Shown here piece by piece: positions 42,101 through 54,100 of a stretch of 64,000 nt of DNA (its first letter is position 1; each line of letters starts with the position of its first letter). Both the position numbers and the translations under genes were made by a program. Origin of the DNA: Squalus acanthias. Its lineage: Eukaryota. The notes below the pieces were generated by a model, which searched no databases, was not told the DNA's origin, and was given only the letters and a program-made list of their open reading frames with translations. Where the stretch lies: assembly GCA_030390025.1 (NCBI GenBank), contig CM059432.1, forward strand, positions 106,270,001 through 106,334,000, written 5' to 3'.

Positions 42101-45100
42101 TGGGAGTACAAATACACAAATCACTAAAAGTAGCGACGCAGGTTAATAAGGCTATAAAATAACAAACCAAGCACTCGAGTTTATTTCTAGAGGGATAGAA
42201 TTGAAAAGTAGACACGTTATGCTAAACTTGTATCAAACCTTGGTTTGACCACACGGAGTACTGTGTACAATTCTGGTCGCCATATTATAAAAAGGATTCA
42301 GAGGCACTGGAGAGGTTGCAAAAAAGGTTTACAAGGATGATGCCAGAAATGCGAGGATATACCCATCAGCACAGGATGAGCAGGCTGGGTCTAAGCTGAG
42401 GGGTGACCGAAGAGAGCTCTTTAGAATTATGAAAGAGGTTTTAATAGAATAGATACAGAGAATGTTTCCACTTGTGGGGAAGAGCAAAACTAGAGGCCAT
42501 CAATATGATAAGTCACTAAGAAATCAAATAGGGAATTCAGAAGTAACTTCTTTATCTCGCGAGTGGTGAGAATGTGGAACTCGCCACCACAGGGAGTGGT
42601 TGAGGCGAATGGTATAGATGCATTTAAGGGGAGGCTAGATAAGCATATGAGGGAGAAGTGAATCGAGGGTTATGCAGATGAGGAAAGACAGGAGGCAGCT
42701 CGAGTGAAGCTTAAGTGCCAGCATGGACTGGTTGGGCCAAATGGTCTGTTTCTGTGCTGTATATCCTATGTAATTCTATGTAATGTACATTTTAATGCAG
42801 AGAAGGCTGAAGGGAGATTTAATAGAGGTGTTCAAAATCATGAAGTTTTGATAAGAGTTACTAAGGAGGTCTATTTCCAAGGATAGAAGGGTCAGTAACC
42901 AGAGGACACAGATTTAAGGTAATTGGGAGAAGAACCAGTGGCGAGATGAGGAGAATTTCTTTTTACACAACAAATGATGATGATCTAGAATGCACTAACA
43001 GAAAGGGTGGTGGAAGCAGATTCAATAATAATTTTTAAAAGGGAATTGGATAAGTACTTTTAACAGAAAAATTTGCAGGGTTATGGGACTAATTGGATAG
43101 CTCTTTCCAAGAGCCACCACAGGCATGATGGGCCAAATGGCCTCCTTCTGTGCTGTATCATTCTATGATTCTAGTAATAATTACACAAGCTTAAAAAATG
43201 TGTTTGTATAAAAGTATTCAAAGAATTTACTCTAAATAATTTAGCAACTCACCTTGTAGAGTTTTCATACCCAAAGGAGAAGACATGTGCACCTCGCTCA
43301 GCCATGCTGCCTTCCATATTAGGCACGACAAAATGAAGTCCTCCCTTTGGCTGGTCCAAGGAAAATTCTATATATACCTTCAAGACTTTCATCTCTAATA
43401 ATGGCAACCAGAAAAATAGTGACAGTACTGCATATTGTAAAATTCTATTATAATTACCAAAAACTTTTACATAATGCACTAACTGATCTGTAAGATTGAA
43501 GTATAGTGCACACTTGTGATACTGACCTGCTAATCTGACCTGTCACTTTTACGCCACAGCTCAGACAGTACATGTAGGAAAGTGATCTAAATAGTCAACA
43601 CCCGAGATCAATCAGAAGCAAATTACTATTTGGAAGTTTCTCTAAATTGACAGCTGCCTGAGTCCTTTCTTTGAGGAAGAGGCCAGACAATCTAGTCAAA
43701 GAAAACCAGCAAGAAATTGCTAGCTTTCTTTCTCTTTTAGCATACTTACCAGGTCAAAACTCTGGCTTTCTTTTCTTTAAGATTGATTGGCAAGGACAAT
43801 CAGGGCTAACAAGACACTCTAGCGCCCATGACAATTAAGATGCTTTCAATTGCTGTGGGACTGTGCCTTTGGTTTTTTTATACTTTTTTTTTGAAGTGTG
43901 ACACAGAAATTTGCATTGCAAAATGTGATGCATGGAAATGCATATGAAACATGCCACTTTGAATATATTGGTAAATCTCCTGTGGCACTGCTCATAATAA
44001 GTTAGATGAAAATGCTGTTTTATAATGACAGGAGCATTATACCATATAATGCATTATCTATTAGTCTGTTTCTAGTGAAACTGTGCCCCTTTAAGGACAG
44101 AAAATGTTAATTGCTGTTAAGTAAACATGGGATGAATTCAAAGTTAAAATGCTATTCAGGCTGCATGTCAGAAGCCTGGCTGTGTCTATTTTTGTTTGAA
44201 GTATATTTGACGAGGTCAATTAAGAGGCTGCAGACTGACATTCTTTCTGTCCCCAGAAAGTTTCTGAACATTCCAAATGGCTGCATTTGTTTCTATATTT
44301 TTTTTTAAGTCCGACACAGAGCTTTGAGCTTGACACCTGAGCTGTAACAGGGAAATGTGACAGACAGCAAATTGGAGATCGAATGGATGAGAAATGGAAA
44401 AATGTGATGGAGGAAATGCACATTAGATGTACCATTTTATTATACAAGCAGCTTTCCAGTGGAATTGCTCACTTTGAATCAGAGATGTTCTGTCATATAA
44501 TACAAAATGTATTATCAAGGCTATTGTCAACCGTGGCTCAGTTGGCAACACTCTCGCCTGAGTCAAAAGGTTGTGGGTTCAAGTCCCATATAGATTGGGC
44601 TAACCAAATTAGTAATAATACTGTGGAGGAGGAATTCCTAGAGTGTATACGGGATGGTTTCCTGGACCAATATGTCGAGGAACCAACTAGAGATCAGGCC
44701 ATCTTAGACTGGGTATTATGTAATGAGAAAGGATTAATTAGCAATCTTGTTGTGCGAGGCCCCTTGGGGAGGAGCGATCATAATATGATAGAATTCTTCA
44801 TTAAGATGGAGAGTGAAGTAGTTGACTCAGAGACTAGGGTCCTGAATTTAAATAAAGGAAACTACAATGGTATGAGGCGCGAGTTGGCTAGGATGGATTG
44901 GGGAGCGTTACTTAAAGGGTTGACGGTGGATAGGCAATGGCAAACATTTAAAGATCGCATGGATGAACTAGAGAATTTGTTCATCCCTGTTTGGCATAAA
45001 AATAAAACAAAAAAGGTGACTCAACCGTGGCTAACAAGGGAAATTAGGGATAGCATAAGATCCAAGGAGAGGACATATAAATTGGCCAGAAAAAGCAGCA

Positions 45101-48100
45101 AACCTGAGGATTGGGAGCAGTTTAGGATTCAGCAAAGGAGGACAAAGGGATTAATTAAGAGGGGGGAAATAGAATATGAGAGTAAGCTTGCAGGGAACAT
45201 AAAAACTGACTGTAAAAGCTTCTATAGATATGTGAAGAGAAAAAGATTGGTGAAGTCAAGCGTAGGTCCCTTGCAGTCAGAATCAGGGGAATTTATAATG
45301 GGGAACAAAGAAATAGCAGACCAATTAAATACATACTTTGGTTCTGTCTTCACAAAGGAGGACACAAATAAACTCCCAGAGATGTCGGGGAACATAGGGT
45401 CTAATGAGAGGGAGGAATTGAATGAAATCAGTATTTGTAGGGAAATGTTGTTAGGGAAATTGATGGGATTAAAGGCCGATAAATCCCCAGGGCCTGATAA
45501 TCTACATCCTAGGGTACTTAAGGAAGTGGCCCTAGAAATAGTAGATGCATTGCTGGTCATCTTTCAAAATTCTATAGACTCTGGAACAGTTCCCATGGAT
45601 TGGAGGGTAGCTAATGTAACCCCACTATTTAAAAGGTGGTAGAGAAAAAACAGGGAATTATAGACTGGTAAGCCTGACATCGGTAGTGGGCAAAATGCTA
45701 GAATCCATTATAAAAGATGTAATAGCAGAGCACTTGGAAAACAGTGACAGGATCGGACAAAGTCAACATGGATTTACAAAAGGGAAATCATGCCTGACTA
45801 CTGGAATTTTTTGAGGATGTAACTGGTAGAATAGATAAGGGAGAAACAGTGTTTTTGGTGTATTTGGACTTTCAGAAGGCTTTCGATAAGGTCCCGCATA
45901 AGAGATTAACGTGCAAAGTTAAAGCACATGGGATTGGGGGTAAGGTACTGATTTGGATAGAGAACTGGTTGGCAGACAGGAAGCAAAGAGTTGAAATAAA
46001 CGGGTCTTTTTCCGAGTGGCAGGCAGTGACTAGTGGGGTACCGCAGGGATCGGTGCTAGGACCCCAGCTATTCACAATATATATTAATGATCTAGACCAG
46101 GGAACTAGATGTAATATCTTTAAGTTTGCAGACGACACAAAGCTGAGTGGGCGTGTGTGCTGTGAGGAGGATGCAGAGAAACTCCAGTATGATTTGGACA
46201 GGTTGGGTGATTGGGCAGGTGCAGTATAATGTGGATAAATGTGAGGTTATCCACTTTGGTGGCAAAAACAGGAAGACAGATTATTATCTGAACGGCAACA
46301 GATTGGGAAAAGGGGAAGTGCAACGAGATCTGGGAGTCCTTGTGCACCAGTCGCTGAAGGTAAGCATGCAGGTGCAGCAGGCGGTTAAGAAGGCAAATGG
46401 TATGTTGGCCTTCATAGCGAGAGGATTCGAGTACAGGAGCAAGGATGTCTTGCTGCAGTTGTACAAGGCCTTGGTGAGACCACACCTTGAGTATTGTGTG
46501 CAGTTTTGGTCGCCTTATCTGAGGAAGGATGTTCTTGCCATGGAGGGAGTGCAGCGAAGATTCACCAGACTGATACCTGGGATGGCAAGAATGACGTATG
46601 GAGAGAGATTGGGTCAATTAGGCTTATATTCGCTAGAGTTTCAAAGAATCAGAGGGGATCTCATTGAAACTTATAAAATTCTAACAGGACTAGACAGACT
46701 AGATGCAGGAAGGATGTTCCTGATGATGGGGGAGTCCAGAACCAGAGGTCACAGTCTAAGGATAAGGGGTAAGCCATTTAGGACTGAGATGAGGAGCAAT
46801 TTCTTCACCCAGAGAGTGGTGAACCTGTGGAATTCTCTACCACAGAAGGCTCAACTGGCCAATTCATTAAATATATTCAAGAAGGAGATAGATATATTTC
46901 TTAAGGCTAAAGGGATCAAGGGATATGGGGAGAAGGCAGGGACAGGGTACTGAATTTGGATGATCAGCCATGATCTCATTAAATGGCGAAGCAGGCTCGA
47001 GGGGCCGAATGGCCTACTCCTGCTCCTATCTTCTATGTTTCTATGCACTCCAGAGACTTGAGCACAAAAATCTAGGCCGACACTCCAGTGCAGTACTGAG
47101 GGAGTGCTGCACTGTTGGAGGTGCCGTCTTTCGGTTGAGACGTTAAACCGAGGCTCCGCCTGTGCTCGCAGGTGGACGTAAAAGATCCCATGGCGCTATT
47201 TCAAAGAAGAGCTGGGGAGTTATCCCGGTGTCCTGGCCAATAATTATCGCTCAATTAACAGCACTTTAAACAGATTATCTGAAGAGTTGGGTTTTTATAA
47301 CATTTTAGGGTAATTTTATTTGGTGTCAGCCCACAAATTACTAGATTTATTGAATTCAATTTCATAACTTTCCCATGGTGGGATTTGAACTCAATCTCAG
47401 AGTTGCTAATCCAGTACCACAAACATTAGGCTTCTGTACCCTGAAAGTTTATACCCTGCAGTGACCATTTATACTTACCATCAACATGTTTCCATAGTTC
47501 AGATGGAACCTTGATACACAGCTCTCCATTTCCTGTGTCTGGGTCAACTGCACTGACTGCTGCTGCGTAGGCGTTGGAAAAATAATTAAGATTGCGCCTA
47601 GAATACAAGGGAGGAAAGAAATGGATATATTTCATATTTCATCAGGCTACAATGCTGTCAATTAATCAGGCAAAGCAATGCAAAAGGAATGGAAATTATG
47701 CATACAATAATCTATGTACACTCCAAATTTAAAAAGATTAAATATCATAGGTTTGTGTCCAAATTGTTCCTTTAAATTTACATCAAAATTGTTTCATCAC
47801 AAAAAAGTTATACAAATACAGTCTCCAGTTGAGAACAATAGCCGTATTGGGAGCAAAGATTGCAAAAGTAACCAGATGTGTTATAATATCCAATGCAAGC
47901 CTAGGCTATTATTACATAATGCGGAGATGCCGGTGTTGGACTGGGGTGGACAAAATTCAGAGGTCGCACAACACCAGGTTATAGTCCAACAGTTTTATTT
48001 GAAATCACAAGCTTTCGGAGCTATCGATCGCCCCTTCCTCAGGTGAAGATAATCAGGATCACTTTCATAATCTGAGAAGCAATAATTTGAACTCAAAATC

Positions 48101-51100
48101 AGGAAACTGCAGGAAATATTTATTTTATTCTTTATGCTGAGACTTCAAATTACATGGGTATGGATATATTTTATTTATCTGTATAATTAAAAGTTTTGCA
48201 TCTCGTGCATGTCCATCATTGCATGTCTTTCAGAGGGGTCACACTTCAGGTCCCTTTGTACATCAACATTTCCCAATCTATCACCATTTAAATAATACTC
48301 TGCCTTTCTGTTTTTCCTACCAAAGTGGATAACTTCACATTTATCCACGTTATACTGCATCTGCCATGTATTTGCCCACTCACTCAACTTGTCTAAATCG
48401 CCTTGAAACCTCTTTGCATCCTCCTCACAACTACACCTAATTTTGTGTCATCAGCAAACTTGGAAATATTACATTTGGTTCCCTCATCCAAATCATTGAT
48501 ATATATTGTGTATAGCTGGGGCCCAAGCACTGATCCCTGCAGTACCTCACTAGTCACCGCCTGCCACCCCGAAAAAGACCTATTTATTCCTACTCTCTGT
48601 TTCCTGTCGGTTAACCAACTTTCAATCCATGCCAGTATATTACCCCCAATCCATGCTGGTATATTACCCCCAATCCCATGTGCTTTAATTTTGCACACTA
48701 ACCTCTTATGTGGGACTTTATCAAAGGCCTTCTGAAAATCCAAATACTCCACATCCACTGGTTCTCCCTTATCTACCAGTTACATCCTCAAAAAACTCCA
48801 GTAGGTTTGTCAAACACTATTTCCCTTCCATAAATCCATGTTGACTTTGTCTAATCCCGCTGATATTTTCTAAGTGTCCTGTTATCACATCCTTTATAAT
48901 AGACTGTGGCACTCCCTGTTTTCTCTCTCCCTCCTTTTTTAAATAGTTGGGTTACATTTGCCACCCTCCAATCTGCAGGAACTGTTCCATAATCTATAGA
49001 ATTTTGGAAGATGACAACCAATACATCCACTATTTCCATGGTTACCTCTTTTAGTACTCTGGGATGCAGATCATCAGGCCCTGGGGATTTATCGGTTTTC
49101 AGTCCCATTAATTTCTCCAGCACTATTTTTTTACTAATACTAATTTCCTTTAATTCCTCCTTCTCACGAGACCCTTGGTTCCCCAGCATTTCTGGGAAGT
49201 TACTTGTGTCCTCTTCCGTGAAGGCAGAACCAAAGTATTTGTTTAATTGCTCTGCCATTTTCCTTGTTCCCCATTCTAAATTCTCCCGTTTCTGACTGTA
49301 AGGGACCTACATTTTGTCTTGACTAATCTTTTTCTTTTTACATACTTGTAGAAGTTTTACAGTCCGCTTTTATGTTCCTTGCAAGTTTACTCTCATACTC
49401 TAATAGAACAATGGGCTGCCTTTAAAGAGGAAATAGTTCAGGTACAGTTGAGGTACATTCCCACTAGGGGGAAAGGCAGGGCAACTAAAGTCAGGGCTCC
49501 CTGGATGATCAAAAAGAGAGAGAATATGATGAAGCAGAAAAAGAGCACATATGACTGATGTCAGGTTGCAAATACATCTGAGAATCAGGCTATATATAGA
49601 AAGATCAGAGCAGAAGTGAAAAAGAAAATAGGAGGGGCAAAGAGTGGGTGTGAGAATAGAATGGCAGCCAACATAAAAAGTAATCCAAAAGTCTTCCGGG
49701 CATATAAATAGTAAAAGGGTAGATCTTTGAAGGGTAGCAAGAGGAGGGGTGGGGCCGATTAGGGACCAAAAAGGAGACCCATGCATGGAGGCAGAGGGTA
49801 TGGCTGAGGTATTAAACGAGTACTTTGCATCTGTCTTCACCAAGGAAGAGGATGCTGCCATTGACATAGTAAAGGAGGAGGTAGTGGAGATACTTGATAG
49901 GATAAAAATTGATAGAGGTATTAGAAAGACTGGCTGCACTTAAAGTAAATAAGTCACCAGGAGCAGATGGGATGCATCCCAGGATGCTGAGGGAATTGAG
50001 GGTGGAAATCGCAGAGATACTGGCCATAATATTCCAATCCTCCTTAGATACAGGGGTGGTGCCAGAGGATTGGAGAATTGCAAATGTTACACCATTGTTC
50101 AAAAAAGGGTGTAAAGACTACAGGCCAGTCAGTTTGACCTCAGTAGTGGGGAAGCTTTTAGAAACAGTAATCAGGGACAAAATTAACAGTCACTTGGACA
50201 AGTATGGATTAATTAAGGAAAGCCAGCACGGATTAAAGGCAAATTGTGTTTAACTAACTTGATTGAGTTCTTTGATGAGGGCAATGCAGTTAACATAGTA
50301 TACATGGATGTCCAAAAGGCGTTCGACAAAGTGCCACATAACAGGCTTGCCAGCAAAGTTGAAGCCCATGGAATAAAAGGGACAGTGGCAGCATGGATAC
50401 GGAATTGGCTAAGTGATAGGAAACAGAGAGTAGTGGTGAACGGTTATTTTTCGGACTGGAGGAAGGTATACAGTGGTGTTCCCTCGGGGTCGGTACTAGG
50501 ACCACTGCTTTTCTTGATATATATTAATGACTTCGACTTGGGAGTACAGGGCACAATTTCAAAATTTGCAGAGGACACAAAACTTGGAAGTACAGTGAAC
50601 AGTGAGGAGGATAAAAGTGAGAAGTCGCACAACACCAGGTTATAGTCCAACAGTTTTATTTGAAATCACAAGCTTTCGGAGCTGCTGCTCCTTCGTCAGG
50701 TCACTTTTGTCCACCCCAGTCCAACACCGGCATCTCCGCAGTGAGGAGGATAGTGATAGACTTCAAGAAGACATAGACAGGCTGGTGAAATGGGCGGTCA
50801 CGTGGCAGATGTAATTTAACGCAGAAAAGTGTGAAATGATACAATTTGGTAGAAAGAATGAGGAGAGGACATAGAAACTAAATGGTACAATCCTGAAAGG
50901 GGTACACGAACAAAGAGACCTGGGGGTATGTGTGCACAAATTGTTGGTAGGTGGCAGGGCAGGTTGAGAAAGCAGTTAAAAAGGCTTACGGGATCCTGGG
51001 ATTCATGAATAGAGGTATAGAGTACAAAAATGTGGAAATTATGATGAACCTGTATAAAAGCAACAGGCTGACAGAATCATACTCACAGAATCATTCTTTT

Positions 51101-54100
51101 CTGCCAATGTCCCCAACTCCTCCATCACCATTCGTGGGTATGTCCTGTCCCACCGGCAGGACAGACCCAGCAGGGGTGGCGGCACAGTGGTATAAAGTCG
51201 GGAAGGAGTGGCCCTGGGCGTTCTCAACATTGACTCCGGACCCCATGAAGTCTCATGGCTTCAGGTCAAGCAAACCTCCTGCTGATTACCACCTACCGCC
51301 CTCCCTCAGCTAATGAATCAGTACTCCTCCATGTTGAACACCACTTGGAAGAAGCACTGAGAGTAGCAAGGGCACACAATGTACTCTGGGTGGGGGACTT
51401 CAATGTCCATCATCAAGAGTGGTTTGGTAGCACCACTACTGACTGAGCTGGCCGAATCCTGAAGGACATAGCTGCCGGTCTGGGCCTGCGACAGGTGGTG
51501 AGAGAACCAACACGAGGGAAAAACCTACTTGACCTCGTCCTCACCAATCTACCTGTCACAGATGCATCTGTCTATGATAATATTGGTCGCAGTGACCACC
51601 GCACAGTCATTGTGGAGACAAAGTCCCGTCTTCACACTGAGGACACCCTCCATCGTGTTGTGTGGCACTACCACCATGCTAAATGGAATAGATTCAGAAC
51701 AGATCTAGCAGCTCAAAACTGGGCATCCATGAGGCGCTGTGGGCCATCAGCAGCAGAATTGTATTCCACCACAATCTGTAACCTCATGACCTGGCATACC
51801 CCTCATTCTACCATTACCATCAAGCCAGGGGACCAACTCTGGTTCAATAAGGAGTGTAGAAGAGCATGCCAGGAGCAGCACCAGGCGTACCTAAAAATGA
51901 GGTGCCAACCTGGGGAAGCTGCAACACAGGACTACATGCATGCTAAAAAGCAGAAGCAGCATGCTATAGACAGGGCTAAGCGATCCCATAATCAACCGAT
52001 CAGATCAAAGCTCTGCAGTCCTGCCACATCCACTTGTGAATGGTGGTGGACCATTAAACAACTAACGGGAGGAGGAGGCGCCATGAATATCGCCATCCTC
52101 AATGATGGTGGAGCCCAGCACGCGAGTACAAAATACAAGGCTGAAGCGTTTCCAACCATCTTAAGTCAGAAGGGCAGAGCAGATGATCCATATCGGCCTC
52201 TCCAGAGGTCCTCACCATCATAGAAGCAAGTCTTCAGCCAATTCAATTCACTCCACATGATATCAAGAAACAGCTGAGCGCACTGGATACAGCAAAGGCT
52301 ATGGGCCCTGACAACATCCTGGCTGTCGTACTGAAGACTTGTGTTCCAGAACTAGCCGTGCCTCTAGCCAAGCTATTCCATTACAGCTACAACACTGGCA
52401 TCTATCCGACAATGTGGAAAACTGCCCAGGTAGGTCCTGTCCACAAAAAGCAGGACAAATCCAAGCCGGCCAATTACCACCCCATCATTCTACTCTCAAT
52501 CATCAGCAAAGTGATGGAAGGTGTCGTGGACAGTACTGTCAAGTGGCACTTACTCACCAATAACATGCTCACTGATGCCCAGTTTGGCTTCCACCAAGAC
52601 CACTCAGCTCCAGACCTTGGACGAAGGAGCTGAATTCCAGAGGTGAGGTGAGAGCGACTGCCTTTGACATCAAGGCAGCATTTGACCAAGTGTGGCATCA
52701 AGGAGCCCTAGTAAAAATGAAGTCAATGGGAATCGAGGGGAAAACTCTCCATTGGCTGGAGTCATACCTAGCACAAAGGAAGATGGCTGTGGTGATTGAA
52801 GGTCAATCATCACAGCCCCAGGTCATCACTGCAGGAGTTCCTCGGGGAAGTGTCCCAGGCCCAACCATCTTCAGCTGCTTCATCAATGACCTTCCCTCCA
52901 ACATAAGGTCAAAAATGGGGATCTTCTCCGATGACTGCACAGTGTTCATTGCCATTCGCAACAACTCAGATAATGAAGCAATCCATGCCCACATGCAGCA
53001 AGACCTGAACGACATTCAGGCTTGGGCTGATAAGTGGCAAGTAACATTCGCGCCACACAAGTGCCAGGCAATGACTATCTCCAATGAGCAAGAGTCTAAC
53101 CACCGCCACTTGACATTCAACGGCGTAGCATCGCCGAATCCCCCACCATCAACATCCTGGGGTCACCATTGACCAGAAACTTAACTGGAGCAGCCACATA
53201 AATACTGTGGCAACAAGAGCAGGTCAGAGGCTAGGTATTCTGCGGCGAGTGTCTCATCTCCTGACTCCCCAAAGCCTTTCCATCACCACGTAAAAAGGTA
53301 CAAGTAAGGAGTGTGATGGAATACTCTCCACTTGCCTGGATGAGTGCAGCTCCAACAACACTCAAGAAGCTCGACATTATCCACGACAAAGCAGCCCGCT
53401 TGATTGGCATCCCATCCACCACCTTAAACATTCACTCCCTCCACCACCGGCGTACCGTAGCTGCAGTGTGCACCATCTACAAGATGCACTGCAGCAACGC
53501 GCCAAGGCTTCTTCAGCAGCACCTCCCAAACCTGCGACCTTTTCCACCTAGAAGGACAAGGGCAGCAGGCGTATAGGAACACCACCACATCCAAGTTCCC
53601 CTCCAAGTCACACGCCATCCTGGCTTGGAAGTATATCGCCGTTCCTTCATCGTCGCTGGGTCAAAGTTTTGGTGTCCATACTTAAGAAAAGACATACTTG
53701 CTCTCGAGGCAGTACAAAGAAGGTTCACTCGGTTAATCCCGGGGATGAGGGGGTGGACATATGAGGAGAGGTTGAGTAGATTGGGACTCTACTCATTGGA
53801 GTTCAGAAGAATGAGAGGCGATCTTATTGAAACATATAAGATTGTGAAGGGGCTTGATCGGGTGGATGCGGTAAGGATGTTCCCAAGGATGGGTGAAACT
53901 AGAACTAGGGGGCATAATCTTAGAATAAGGGGCTGCTCTTTCAAAACTGAGATGAGGAGAAACTTCTTCACTCAGAGGGTAGTAGGTCTGTGGAATTTGC
54001 TGCCCCAGGAAGCTGTGGAAGCTACATCATTAAATAAATTTAAAACAGAAATAGACAGTTTCCTAGAAGTAAAGGGAATTAGGGGTTACGGGGAGCGGGC

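Noticed and set aside
43742..43752. ATACTTACCAG resembling the U1 snRNA 5' end, or a cryptic donor on the minus strand
   Set aside because: The downstream sequence does not continue as U1, and I found no convincing acceptor with a pyrimidine tract to define an exon.
44383..45642. 419-aa ORF as a novel host gene
   Set aside because: It is a chance read-through of intron and SINE head into CR1 ORF2, antisense to TAF2.
48248..51058. Opposed CR1 pieces as one twin-primed inversion
   Set aside because: The two pieces overlap in ORF2 coverage and differ in sequence, so they are separate insertions.
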